Positions 1 through 10,051 of a stretch of DNA of 64,000 nt are shown here, piece by piece (position 1 is the stretch's first letter; each line of letters begins with the position of its first letter). The DNA lies in the NCBI GenBank assembly GCA_965250085.1, contig OZ252287.1:704001-768000 (forward strand), in the 5' to 3' direction. The translations under genes were made by a program, and so were the position numbers. The notes beneath the pieces were generated by a model. That model ran no database searches. It was not told the DNA's origin and saw only the letters and a list, made by a program, of their open reading frames with translations. The stretch comes from Candidatus Altimarinota bacterium. Lineage in GTDB: Bacteria > Patescibacteriota > Gracilibacteria > CAIRYL01.

Positions 1-444
1 TTGATAAAGCAAGACTCAAAACTAGCCAAAAAGGTACGCGATATTATTCAGCGTGGTGATTTGGTTCCCAATGAAATCGTTATGGAAATGGTAGAAGATT
101 TTGTACAAGAATCTCCAGAGGCATCTCCCTTGCTTTTTGATGGTCTCCCCAGAAGTATGGAACAAAAAGAAACTTTTGACGCTATACTCAAGAGATATAA
201 TCTTTCTATATTCGGGGTCTTTATCGATATTACAAAAGAAGAAGCTATCAAAAGACTCCTTCTCAGGAAAAGGAGTGATGACACCAAAAAAGCAATAGCC
301 CAAAGAATAAAAAATTATACTAAGGAAACTCTTCCGGTGATTGAAGCGTATGAAGAGGAAGGGGTGTTGATGAGAACAGATGGACTTCCTTCTGTTGAGG
401 AAGTATTTGCAAGTATTTCAGGAATAGTAGAGGAAAATACTTAA
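1..444 (+). CDS. adk: Adenylate kinase, short-LID type, 5'-truncated by the window edge
   Basis: Motifs G-x-LVP, LLFDGLPR, RxDD and YxKETLPV; the P-loop lies outside the window. Confidence 0.88.
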   Translation: MIKQDSKLAKKVRDIIQRGDLVPNEIVMEMVEDFVQESPEASPLLFDGLPRSMEQKETFDAILKRYNLSIFGVFIDITKEEAIKRLLLRKRSDDTKKAIAQRIKNYTKETLPVIEAYEEEGVLMRTDGLPSVEEVFASISGIVEENT

Positions 445-2315
445 AAATCTATTTCATATACTTTATTCTCATCTGCAATAACTAAGGTCGTCGGTGCATT
501 TGCCCACATCGCCTGAAGCGTCCCCACATTCTCCAAAACAATCTGACTCTGATATGTCGCCTGGTTATTTCCTTTGAAGTACACGTACACGGTCGATTCT
601 GAGGGATTGAGCAAGAGTATGTGCTCCAGTTCATCATCTGTATATATTTGTGTCACGTTTTCTAAAATTCCATCAGGGGTTCCGATAAGACTATATTCCT
701 GGCTCACTCCCTTCAAAAACTTCATCAGTTCCCCTTCCGCAGTAAACACAAAAACTTCACCATCAATTGCAAAAGAGATGGCCGAGGAAATATCTATCTC
801 TTCAGCAATATATGGAATTGCTGTCCCATAGTTTTCCTCTTTCCGCTCATATTTCCATATCTGATTCTCTTCTGGGCTCAAGAGATAAACATATTTTGAA
901 TATGCAAATATATCTTCTCCTTTCTTCCAAATACTATCTTCTGTTTTGGCAAGAGAGAGTTCTTTTTGTTCAGCATCATATTCGAATATTTTTCCCTTAG
1001 CATCGGTAAAAATAAATTGTTTTTTATTGGTCAATGGAACCCCATTTATCAATTCAGATTCTGAAATGAGGGGAATGGTGTCTACAAATTCATCATTGAG
1101 AACAATTCGAAAAAGTGTGTTTTTATCAAAGGAGAACCATTCTCCTTCATATTCAAAGACCCCCACAAGTGATACGTCACTTTTTCGGGTTTTCAGGTTT
1201 GCCAATTCTTTTGGAGTAGAGATACGAGTTATGTCATTTATTTGATCTTTTACTTGAGACACTTCTTCTAAAAGCACCAAAGCTTCGCTTCGAAAAAAAC
1301 TTGATTGTAATATTTTTTCCAAGTCACGATCAATCCGTGACAAGTTTGCATTTGCTCGATCTTTCTCTCCTAGTATTTCCTGGTCCTTCACATTTTTAAG
1401 AGATGCTTGTATTTGACCCAGAAGTTGCTTGTACTCATCTCTCTCATCATTATTCGTACGATCTGCAAAAGATGTTACGAATGAAAGAATGAGAATAAGT
1501 CCCAGTATTCCCAGAAGTAATCCGAGAAATGGTTTATGATCCCCTGCTCGGAGTCGCCAAAAAAATTTTGTCATATTTTTTCTTGACTGATCCCAAGAAA
1601 AATTTTGCAAAAAACTTGTAGAAGAAGTAGTGGTAAAACCTTTTTTTCCTCTCTCTTTGTTTGTTTCAAGAGGGAGCGGAGTTTCTTTCCCTTCAAAAGA
1701 AGCAAGTACGAAGGATACGTTATCTCCAGCTCTTTCGAGGGTATCTGTTAAAGTATTCTTCCCTTCCTGTATGTTCATGTGAAGAATCTCTGTAAGCTCA
1801 GACTCTGTCATATGCCTGAGAATTCTTGATTCGGAAAAAAGGAGTGTGTCACCATGAGAAAGTTCGCCACTTGCAATGTTTATAAACACATCTGGTTGTA
1901 TTTTTTGAGGTGAAATATTCTCAGATATGATATTAAGTTTTCCTTTTCGTGCTAAATATACTTCAAAAGTTCCTACTGTGGAGATATGGAGCTCTCCTTC
2001 TGCAAAAAGTACAAGTACTATGGAGTGCGTTCTTATAAAATCTGGATGCACCACAATTTGATCTTCTGTAATTTGAGTATTTAAAATCTTGAGAGACTCC
2101 TCAAATCGATCATAAGGATTCTGCTCTTGGAGGATGTGAAAATATGCGTTTTTGAGAGTCTCCCAAATAGCTTCCGCAAAGCTTTGTTCTCCTTCCGGAC
2201 CAGAAAATATCATCCACATACGTGTCTGAAGATTTTGACTTTCTTCTTTCTTGATAATTTTGGTGTATTCAGATGGGCTTCCCAGATGTTCTGCCAGCAC
2301 AATATTTTCTCCCAT
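441..2315 (-). CDS. CPR-type conserved membrane protein: degenerate PP2C-like N-domain, one TM helix, helical linker, C-terminal beta-propeller
   Basis: PP2C-like segments (LHISTVG, VYLARKGKL, IASGEL..GDTLLFS); TM FLGLLLGILGLILILSF; propeller-like repeats (YVYLLSPEENQIWKY, SFAIDGEVFV). ATG 2315 chosen as the start. Confidence 0.6.
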   Translation of the reverse strand: MGENIVLAEHLGSPSEYTKIIKKEESQNLQTRMWMIFSGPEGEQSFAEAIWETLKNAYFHILQEQNPYDRFEESLKILNTQITEDQIVVHPDFIRTHSIVLVLFAEGELHISTVGTFEVYLARKGKLNIISENISPQKIQPDVFINIASGELSHGDTLLFSESRILRHMTESELTEILHMNIQEGKNTLTDTLERAGDNVSFVLASFEGKETPLPLETNKERGKKGFTTTSSTSFLQNFSWDQSRKNMTKFFWRLRAGDHKPFLGLLLGILGLILILSFVTSFADRTNNDERDEYKQLLGQIQASLKNVKDQEILGEKDRANANLSRIDRDLEKILQSSFFRSEALVLLEEVSQVKDQINDITRISTPKELANLKTRKSDVSLVGVFEYEGEWFSFDKNTLFRIVLNDEFVDTIPLISESELINGVPLTNKKQFIFTDAKGKIFEYDAEQKELSLAKTEDSIWKKGEDIFAYSKYVYLLSPEENQIWKYERKEENYGTAIPYIAEEIDISSAISFAIDGEVFVFTAEGELMKFLKGVSQEYSLIGTPDGILENVTQIYTDDELEHILLLNPSESTVYVYFKGNNQATYQSQIVLENVGTLQAMWANAPTTLVIADENKVYEIDF

Positions 2316-2473
2316 GTATAAAGTGGAAAAGTCAGGCTCAAGAATATCAAAAAACAGCAACAAGGCAAAAGAAAAATATAATTCTTTTTGACATAAATGT
2401 GTTGTGATTTACAAAATAGATCCATACTGCTTGAAGATTTCTGTATATTATATACGATTCTGATCTCTTCGTT

Positions 2474-4651
2474 TTGATTTGTAGCAACGTGCCAACAAGA
2501 GAACATCTACAAAAATTGGCTAGTCGAAAAAAGATTCCTCTAGAAAAAGGAATCTTGTCTCGAGCAGAAAAATTTGCTGCAAGCCATGTATCGTCATCTG
2601 CAATGAGGGAAGCGTTTTCTGTAGGAAGAATTCTTATTGAATTCTCTCCAGATCAAGACACTCTCATCGCAAGTATCCTCCTAAAGCTTGCTGAGATAAA
2701 GAATCCTCCTTTTGATGAAATTGAAAAAGAATTTGGAGAATCAGTAGCAGATCTTTTAAGGTCACTACAAAAACTCGTTCTGCTGGCTGAAGTTTCTCTT
2801 AAAAAATCAGGGTCAAGAACTACTACGTTGAGAAAAATGTTTTTGGCACTTGCGAGGGATACTCGTGTAGTATTTTTGAAGCTGGCAAATCGTTTATACT
2901 CTCTCGAACAAATTAAAGGAAAGCCGAGTATAAAACAAAAAATATACGCAAAAGAGGTTTTTGAGCTTTATGGTCCTATATCCTCAAGACTCGGAATTTA
3001 TCGACTCAAGAGAAGATTAGAAGATTTGGCGTTTCAAACTCTCCTTCCGAAAGAATATCACCGTATATCAAAAAAAATAGAGCACACCAAAAGTCTTCGT
3101 AAGGGAATGCTCAAAAAAGGAGAAAAAGTTCTCATGGAAATACTCCGTAGATCAAATATTACCGGAAAGGTTGAATCTCGTGTGAAGGACCCCTATAGCA
3201 TATACTTAAAACTCAAAAGAAAAGAAACCTCAGAGATTGAAGATTTAAACGATCTATTTGCATTTCGTATATTGGTTCCACAAGCAAATGATTGCTATGT
3301 CGTTCTTGGGAAGATTCATCAAAAATGGAATGTGCTTCCTGGTCGCTTTAAAGATTATATTACTGTCCCCAAACCAAATGGATACTCCTCTTTACATACC
3401 AGCATCCTGAGTGATTTTTATAAAAAAGCTCCTTATCCAATAGAAATTCAAATACGAACTTTTCAAATGCATGAAGATGCAGAATTCGGATCTGCTGTAC
3501 ATTGGCACTACAAAGAGCGAGGAAGCCACGAATCAGCAAATCAGAGCTGGTTTGCCAGTCTTGCAAAAACAAATAAGAAGCTCAATGAGTCGAAAAACTT
3601 TGAAATATTTGTGAAGGATTTTTTGGGTGATCGAATATTTGTACTTACTGAGAAAGGAGATATTAAAATCCTTCCTGAGAATTCCACGCCACTTGACTTT
3701 GCATATTCCGTACATTCAGATATTGGAGAACATTGTCAGAGCGCTATCGTAAATGGAAAGATTGTTCCTTTGAGGTATACGCTTCAAAACGGTGATATTG
3801 TAAAAATCGCAACTAATAGGAGGGTTGTTCCTCGGGAATCATGGCTCGCAGTGGCTACTGCAGCCTCAACACGACAAAAGATTAGAGCTTTTCTCAGGCA
3901 ACATGACAAAGAATTTTTTGTTCGAGAAGGAAAAAAAATGTTGAATGCAGCACTGAGTAATATGGGGGCAAAAGAACTTGATAAAAAACTTTCTTTTCTC
4001 AAGGGGTATGAAACAGAGAAATCTCGAAGTTTAAAGTCGCGAGAAAGCATTCTTCAGCGTATTGGCGTTGGAGATCTGAGTGCTCAAACTGTTTCTAAAA
4101 AACTCCTGAGTCAAAATCCTCCTGCTCAAAAAAAAATAGTGTCTTCTCATAAAAAAAAGAATCGAAAAAAAGAAGACGTTCTCGTTGCAGGAGAAAAAGG
4201 ATTTTATACAAAAAGAGCTCAGTGTTGCAGTCCTGCTCCAGGTGATCTGATTCTCGCTTTTATTACTAGAACTGGCACCTTTACGCTTCATAAGAGGCAT
4301 TGTGCAGTATTAAAAAAACTTGACCCACATAGATTCCTCGCGGCTCGCTGGACCAATGATCCTGTTCCTCTGCAAGTTCATCTTCGCATTAAAAAAGATC
4401 CCGATCACTTTGGTATTATTCAAGAAATATCTCGCGTATTTGCATCTCTGGGGGTAAATCTGGTGCAAATACATTATTCCGGCACTGCTGTGCCAGGAAT
4501 GACAAAAAAGAGAGAGATCTTTGTTGCTATTGAAGTTCTCAAGAAACAAGTGATACCACAAATCCTAAAAGATCTCAGAGACATCATGGGAATTGAAGAT
4601 ATTCAGGAAATATCTGAAAAGGAAATCCCCTATAGAAATATACAAGAGTGA
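2474..4651 (+). CDS. relA: RelA/SpoT family (p)ppGpp synthetase (long RSH) with a degenerate HD hydrolase domain
   Basis: RxKxxYSI, DLFAFRI, KDYI..PKPNGYSSLHT, EIQIRT, TGS domain (TPLDFAYSVHS), CC..PGD zinc-finger region, ACT domain. Confidence 0.93.
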   Translation: MICSNVPTREHLQKLASRKKIPLEKGILSRAEKFAASHVSSSAMREAFSVGRILIEFSPDQDTLIASILLKLAEIKNPPFDEIEKEFGESVADLLRSLQKLVLLAEVSLKKSGSRTTTLRKMFLALARDTRVVFLKLANRLYSLEQIKGKPSIKQKIYAKEVFELYGPISSRLGIYRLKRRLEDLAFQTLLPKEYHRISKKIEHTKSLRKGMLKKGEKVLMEILRRSNITGKVESRVKDPYSIYLKLKRKETSEIEDLNDLFAFRILVPQANDCYVVLGKIHQKWNVLPGRFKDYITVPKPNGYSSLHTSILSDFYKKAPYPIEIQIRTFQMHEDAEFGSAVHWHYKERGSHESANQSWFASLAKTNKKLNESKNFEIFVKDFLGDRIFVLTEKGDIKILPENSTPLDFAYSVHSDIGEHCQSAIVNGKIVPLRYTLQNGDIVKIATNRRVVPRESWLAVATAASTRQKIRAFLRQHDKEFFVREGKKMLNAALSNMGAKELDKKLSFLKGYETEKSRSLKSRESILQRIGVGDLSAQTVSKKLLSQNPPAQKKIVSSHKKKNRKKEDVLVAGEKGFYTKRAQCCSPAPGDLILAFITRTGTFTLHKRHCAVLKKLDPHRFLAARWTNDPVPLQVHLRIKKDPDHFGIIQEISRVFASLGVNLVQIHYSGTAVPGMTKKREIFVAIEVLKKQVIPQILKDLRDIMGIEDIQEISEKEIPYRNIQE

Positions 4652-4675
4652 GTCATAGGAAGTTCATCTTTACTC

Positions 4676-5137
4676 CTAGTATCTTGCCATATACGCAAAA
4701 GCTTTGTTGGCTTGGGCCATACGATGAACATCTTCTCTTTTTCGGAAAGCATCTCCCTCCATGTTAGCTGCTTGTGAAATTTCTTCTGCAAGTCTTTCTG
4801 ACATTGGTTTTCCTGATTTTTTGCGACATGCTCCAATAATCCATCGAATGGCTAATGTGAGCTGTCTTTTTGGAGGAACTTCACGAGGAACTTGATACAC
4901 AGATCCCCCCACTCTTTTTGCTCGCACTTCTATATTCGGCTTCACATTCCCTATCGCCACCTCAAATATTTCAATTGCATCTCTTTCATCTTGTTTTTTT
5001 TCAGAAATTTTTTTCAGTGTATTAGCAAATATTTTTCGAGATATGGATTTTTTTCCACCTCTCATGAGACAATTAATAAATTTTTCCTGGACATGACTTG
5101 AGTTCGTCGGCACGAACTCTACTCGCTTTTGTGGCAT
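4676..5137 (-). CDS. rpsG: 30S ribosomal protein S7
   Basis: KFINxLMRxGKKS, VEVRxxRVGG-like segment, HRMAQANKAFA. Confidence 0.98.
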   Translation of the reverse strand: MPQKRVEFVPTNSSHVQEKFINCLMRGGKKSISRKIFANTLKKISEKKQDERDAIEIFEVAIGNVKPNIEVRAKRVGGSVYQVPREVPPKRQLTLAIRWIIGACRKKSGKPMSERLAEEISQAANMEGDAFRKREDVHRMAQANKAFAYMARY

Positions 5138-5157
5138 ACAACAAAAATAAAAAAATA

Positions 5158-5574
5158 TTATTTAGGCTTTTTGGCTCCGTACTTTGATCTTCCTTGCTTC
5201 CGATTTTCAACACCTTGAGTATCAAGACTCCCTCGAACGACATGATATCTCACCCCTGGAAGATCTTTCACTCTCCCCCCTCGGATAGTCACAACAGAAT
5301 GTTCCTGTAGATTGTGTCCTTCTCCTGGAATGTACGCATTTACTTCCGATCCGTTCGTAAGACGAACACGAGCAATTTTTCTCAATGCAGAATTAGGCTT
5401 TTTGGGAGTCATAGTACGTACCTGAGTACACACTCCTCTTTTTTGAGGTGCTCCTCTACTGAGCTCTACGGCTTTTCCTTTGAGCGTATTTTGAGTGAAA
5501 AGCATTGCAGGAGATTTAGACTTTTTGGTCACTGTTTTTCGTTTTCGACGGATAAGTTGATTGATAGTAGGCAT
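5158..5574 (-). CDS. rpsL: 30S ribosomal protein S12
   Basis: [30 protein letters not shown]. Confidence 0.99.
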   Translation of the reverse strand: MPTINQLIRRKRKTVTKKSKSPAMLFTQNTLKGKAVELSRGAPQKRGVCTQVRTMTPKKPNSALRKIARVRLTNGSEVNAYIPGEGHNLQEHSVVTIRGGRVKDLPGVRYHVVRGSLDTQGVENRKQGRSKYGAKKPK

Positions 5575-5678
5575 TAAGAAAGAAAATTATGGACCTGGAT
5601 TCTAGAGAGCTTTCTTGGAAAAATCAAGGAATTTCAAGCAAGAGATGTTGCTGTGTACAATGTATAAATCATTACTCT

Positions 5679-8600
5679 CTATTTTTTGTCACGATAATAT
5701 TTTTTATGATATACAGCTCCTGCAGGGATGAGTTTTCCAATAATGACATTTTCTTTGAGTCCTTCAAGGTGATCTACTTTTCCTGTAGTGGAAGCCTCTA
5801 CCAGTACTCGTATGGTCTCCTGAAACGACGCGGCAGAAAGCCATGATTTCGTGGCAAGGGCAATTCGAGTAAGGCCTAAAAGTAATCTTTCATATGTTGG
5901 TGGCTTCTTTTTTGGATTTTCACGAATAAATATCTGAACTGTTTGATAATCCATTGTCTCTCCAGGCAGAACTCCAGGAACATCTCCCGGATCAATGATG
6001 CTCACAATAGAAAACATTTCTTTTACAATAATTTCTATATGCTTGTCACTAATAGTCTGTCCTTGCGAAGCGTAAATGCTTTGTACTTCATTTGTAATAT
6101 ATTTTTGAACTGTCTGAAGATCTGTTTTTTCCATGAGTTCTCTGAGGTTGAAATGCCCAAATGTTAAAGGCGTTCCGATCTCTACTGTGTCCCCATCTTC
6201 TATCATGAGTCGAGATGTTGAAGAAAATGAATGTTTTGCTATTACCTTTTTTGTATGCTTTATGACAATTTTATTTTTTTCAATTTTTTGTATTTTTCCT
6301 CCATATTTTGCTCTGAATATTTTGATACCCTTTGCTAGTATTTGGTTTTCCTTCACAAGATCTCCTTTTTTTACAGCAACTTTTGCTCCTTCATTAATAA
6401 AATATGTATCTTCTCCTAGTTTCGAAGCTTTAATTGTTAAAATAAATTCTTGATCGTGGTGATCAATAGATGCCATTCCAGAAACATCTGCTAAGATCGC
6501 TGGCGTCTTTGGCGTTCGTGCTTCAAAAAGTTCTTCTACACGTGTGAGTCCTTGAGTAATATCTGCTCCTTCCGCTACACCTCCCATGTGGAATGTTCTC
6601 ATGGTAAGCTGAGTACCAGGCTCTCCAATACTTTGAGCAGCAATAATACCAACCGGAGTTCCTACCTCTACTGTTTTGCTAGTTCCCAAGTCACGACCAT
6701 AACATTTTTGACAAATACCTCCAGGTGTTTCACAATTCATAATAGAGCGTACCTTTACAGCTTCAATACCACGTTCAATTATCTCGCCTAAAAGAGCGAC
6801 CCCTATCTCTTTATTTCTTTTGGCAATGATTTCTCCTGACTTTGGATCAGCAAGTGTTGCGGCAAGTGTTCGTCCGAAAATCCTTCTGTCAAACTGTTCT
6901 CCAACGTTCTGAGATTCTTCTTCTGTAATTTTATATATTTCTTTTGTTCCGCAGTCTTCTTCTTTGATAATAATGTCTTGTACCGCATCTACCAGACGTC
7001 TTGTCAGATATCCAGCTTCTGCCGTTTTGAGCGCCGTGTCCGATTTTCCTTTCCTTCCTCCATGAGTCGCAATAAAATATTCTAGAATAGAGAATCCTTC
7101 TTTCAAGTTTGCTTTAATGGGGAGTTCAATGGTTCGTCCAGATGGACTCGCAACAAGTCCTTTCATTCCTGAAAGTTGTGTAATTTGTCCCCAGTTTCCT
7201 CGAGCACCAGAATCAATCATGTAGAATATGTCATTTTCTGGTTTTTTGGAGTAATGTCCGACCATAGCGTTCGACAGTTCTGATTTAGCTTCTGCCCAGA
7301 TCTTTATGACATGGTTGTACCTTTCATTATCCGTTATAAGGCCTTTTGAGTATTGATTTGAAATAATAACTACCTTTGCTGTGGCTTTTTCTAAAACATC
7401 CTTTTTTTCTTCAGGAATCTCTATATCATCAACTCCTATAGAAATTCCCGACATTGTGGCATAGAAAAATCCCAGTTTTTTCATTTTGTCAGCTGTTTGT
7501 GAGGTAGTTTCAGCATCTGCAATTTCAAAGATATCACTGAGAAGTTTTTCAATTCCCTTTTTCTGTAGTGGCGCATTGATAAAAGGAACTATGTCAGGAA
7601 TCGCATCATTGAAAATAATTCTTCCCACAGAAGTTTCTACAATTTCTTCTCCTATTTTCACTTTCACAAGAGCTTGCAAATCAACATGGCCTAGGTCATG
7701 TGCAAAAATAGCTTCCTCTTCACTTCCAAACACAATTCCTTCTCCTTTTTTACCTTCATGTGTTCGCATCAAAAAGTAAATACCCAGCACCATATCCTGT
7801 GTTGGAGTGATGATGGGGTCTCCTGAAGAGGGCTTAAGAATATTGACACTCGAAAGCATAATCTCTCTTGCTTCTCGCTGGGCCTCTTCTGAAAGGGGAA
7901 GATGCACTGCCATTTGGTCTCCATCAAAGTCAGCGTTAAATGCTGCACAAACAAGTGGATGTACTTGGATTGCTTTTCCTTCAATGAGAATAGGTGAAAA
8001 TGACTGGATTCCAAGTCTGTGCAGTGTAGGAGCACGATTCAGGAGGACATGTTTTCCTTTAATTACATCATCCAGAATATCCCAAACAATCTTCTTTCCG
8101 GACTGAATTATTTTTTCAGCTCCTTTTACATTATGAGCAAATTCTCCACGAATAAGCTCTCCGATAATAAAGGGCTTAAAGAGCTTCATAGCAATTTCTT
8201 TTGGAAGTCCACACTGATTGAGGCTCAATTCTGGACCAACTACAATTACTGATCGTCCAGAATAATCCACACGTTTCCCTAGTAAATTTTGTCGAAATCT
8301 TCCTTGTTTCCCCTTGAGCATATCAGAAAGTGATCTCAGCTTTCTTCTATCCCCAGCAGTAAATACTGCTCTTCCTCCCCTGGGAGAGTTGTTAATAAGG
8401 GTGTCGACCGCTTCTTGCAGCATTCTTTTTTCGTTCCGACAGATTACTTCTGGTGCTCCTATTGCCATGAGTCTCTTGAGACGATTATTTCTATTGATAA
8501 TCCTTCTGTACAGGTCATTAAGGTCAGATGCTGCAAAACGTCCTCCATCAAGCTGCACCATAGGACGAAGATCAGGAGGAATGATTGGAAGTTGTTTCAA

Positions 8601-9497
8601 AATAAGCCATTCTGGGCGAATTTTTGCTCTTTGGAGACCACCTAAAAATCGGATGCGACGTAATGTCTTTTTCTGTTTTTGTCCACTGGCTGTTTGAGCA
8701 TCTACTTGAAGATTTTTGAGCATTTTCCCTACGTCTATTCTTTCTAAAATTGCCCGTATGCTTTCTGCTCCTGTCCCCGCCTTGAATACATGTCCAAACT
8801 TCATGTTCATTTCTCGATACTCTAGTTCTGTCATGAGTTTCCAGTCTGTTATTGACTCAAGTTCTTTTTTTGCTTTTTCATGAGTTTCTTTAAGGTCATC
8901 CATCTTTTTTGCTTCTTCAGATTCAAGTATTTCAATTTCTTTGGGAGGGGCATCTGATTTTTTAAGGGCTTTTCGTTTTTCTTTATAATCGTCTTGAATT
9001 TTTTTCTTATATGCTTTGAATTGTCGGTCAAGGTCATCTCTTGCTTCTTTTTTAGCCTCTTCATCAACAGAAATAACAATGTAAGAAGCAAAATATACAA
9101 CATGTTCAAGTCCTTTGATTGGAAGATCCATAATAAGACCAATGCGAGAAGGAGTAGATCTTAAGAACCAAGTATGTGCTACTGGTACGGCCAAAGAAAT
9201 ATGTGCCATTCGTTCTCTTCGGACAATCGCACGAGTTACTTCTACTCCACATTTTTCACAAATAACTCCTTTATATCGAATTTTTTTATATTTTCCACAA
9301 TAACATTCCCAATTTTTTATTGGTCCAAAGATCTTTTCGCAAAAAAGACCATCTCTTTCTGGTTTTTGAGTTCTATAATTTATGGTTTCAGGTTTTGTTA
9401 CCTCTCCATATGACCATCCTTGAATGCGATCTGGAGAAGCAACTGTAAGAGCAATCGAGTTAAATGAGTTGCTTTTTTTGTGACGAGGAGAAGGCAT
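5679..9497 (-). CDS. rpoC: RNA polymerase beta' subunit
   Basis: NADFDGD catalytic motif, N-terminal zinc finger, GKRVDYSGRS, PGTQLTMRTFH. Confidence 0.99.
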   Translation of the reverse strand: MPSPRHKKSNSFNSIALTVASPDRIQGWSYGEVTKPETINYRTQKPERDGLFCEKIFGPIKNWECYCGKYKKIRYKGVICEKCGVEVTRAIVRRERMAHISLAVPVAHTWFLRSTPSRIGLIMDLPIKGLEHVVYFASYIVISVDEEAKKEARDDLDRQFKAYKKKIQDDYKEKRKALKKSDAPPKEIEILESEEAKKMDDLKETHEKAKKELESITDWKLMTELEYREMNMKFGHVFKAGTGAESIRAILERIDVGKMLKNLQVDAQTASGQKQKKTLRRIRFLGGLQRAKIRPEWLILKQLPIIPPDLRPMVQLDGGRFAASDLNDLYRRIINRNNRLKRLMAIGAPEVICRNEKRMLQEAVDTLINNSPRGGRAVFTAGDRRKLRSLSDMLKGKQGRFRQNLLGKRVDYSGRSVIVVGPELSLNQCGLPKEIAMKLFKPFIIGELIRGEFAHNVKGAEKIIQSGKKIVWDILDDVIKGKHVLLNRAPTLHRLGIQSFSPILIEGKAIQVHPLVCAAFNADFDGDQMAVHLPLSEEAQREAREIMLSSVNILKPSSGDPIITPTQDMVLGIYFLMRTHEGKKGEGIVFGSEEEAIFAHDLGHVDLQALVKVKIGEEIVETSVGRIIFNDAIPDIVPFINAPLQKKGIEKLLSDIFEIADAETTSQTADKMKKLGFFYATMSGISIGVDDIEIPEEKKDVLEKATAKVVIISNQYSKGLITDNERYNHVIKIWAEAKSELSNAMVGHYSKKPENDIFYMIDSGARGNWGQITQLSGMKGLVASPSGRTIELPIKANLKEGFSILEYFIATHGGRKGKSDTALKTAEAGYLTRRLVDAVQDIIIKEEDCGTKEIYKITEEESQNVGEQFDRRIFGRTLAATLADPKSGEIIAKRNKEIGVALLGEIIERGIEAVKVRSIMNCETPGGICQKCYGRDLGTSKTVEVGTPVGIIAAQSIGEPGTQLTMRTFHMGGVAEGADITQGLTRVEELFEARTPKTPAILADVSGMASIDHHDQEFILTIKASKLGEDTYFINEGAKVAVKKGDLVKENQILAKGIKIFRAKYGGKIQKIEKNKIVIKHTKKVIAKHSFSSTSRLMIEDGDTVEIGTPLTFGHFNLRELMEKTDLQTVQKYITNEVQSIYASQGQTISDKHIEIIVKEMFSIVSIIDPGDVPGVLPGETMDYQTVQIFIRENPKKKPPTYERLLLGLTRIALATKSWLSAASFQETIRVLVEASTTGKVDHLEGLKENVIIGKLIPAGAVYHKKYYRDKK

Positions 9498-9539
9498 GTT
9501 TAGAGAAAAAATGTGAGAGAAAGAAAGGCAAAAAGAAGA

Positions 9540-10019
9540 TTATTTCTTTTCAGAGGCATCTTCAATATCTGAGAAGAAATCATCATCAATTTCATTCAAT
9601 GGATCTGACGATCCATCTGCCTGAGGAACATCTTCTTCAAAGTTAGAATTCTCTTCAGTCTCGGGATCGTTACCCTCATCTGAAGGAGCTCTCTTTTCTA
9701 GCATTATCATGTCATTTGCAACAATTTCTGTTCGGAAGATTTTGACTCCAGATTCATGATCCCATGACCTGGTTTTTAAATATCCTTCAATATAGACAAG
9801 TTTTCCTTTTTTAAGGAGTTCTTCACAGAGTTCAGCAAGTCTCCCCCAGGCAACAATATTATGATATTCCGCTAGAGATTGCTTTTGTCGGTCCGAGCCA
9901 ACCCATTCTCTATTCGTCGCAAGTCCAAATGTTACAATTGTTTGTCCATTTGTTGTTTTTCGTATCTGTGGATCTCGAGTGATGTTTCCTACGAGAATGA
10001 CTTTGTTAATGCTTCTCAT
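9540..10019 (-). CDS. ssb: Single-stranded DNA-binding protein with an atypical C-terminal tip
   Basis: INKVILVGNITRDP, ATNR.W, LKKGKLVYIEGYLKTRSW; acidic tail without terminal PF. Confidence 0.95.
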   Translation of the reverse strand: MRSINKVILVGNITRDPQIRKTTNGQTIVTFGLATNREWVGSDRQKQSLAEYHNIVAWGRLAELCEELLKKGKLVYIEGYLKTRSWDHESGVKIFRTEIVANDMIMLEKRAPSDEGNDPETEENSNFEEDVPQADGSSDPLNEIDDDFFSDIEDASEKK

Positions 10020-10051
10020 AATTACGCAATAATGAAAAAATAAAAAATAAC

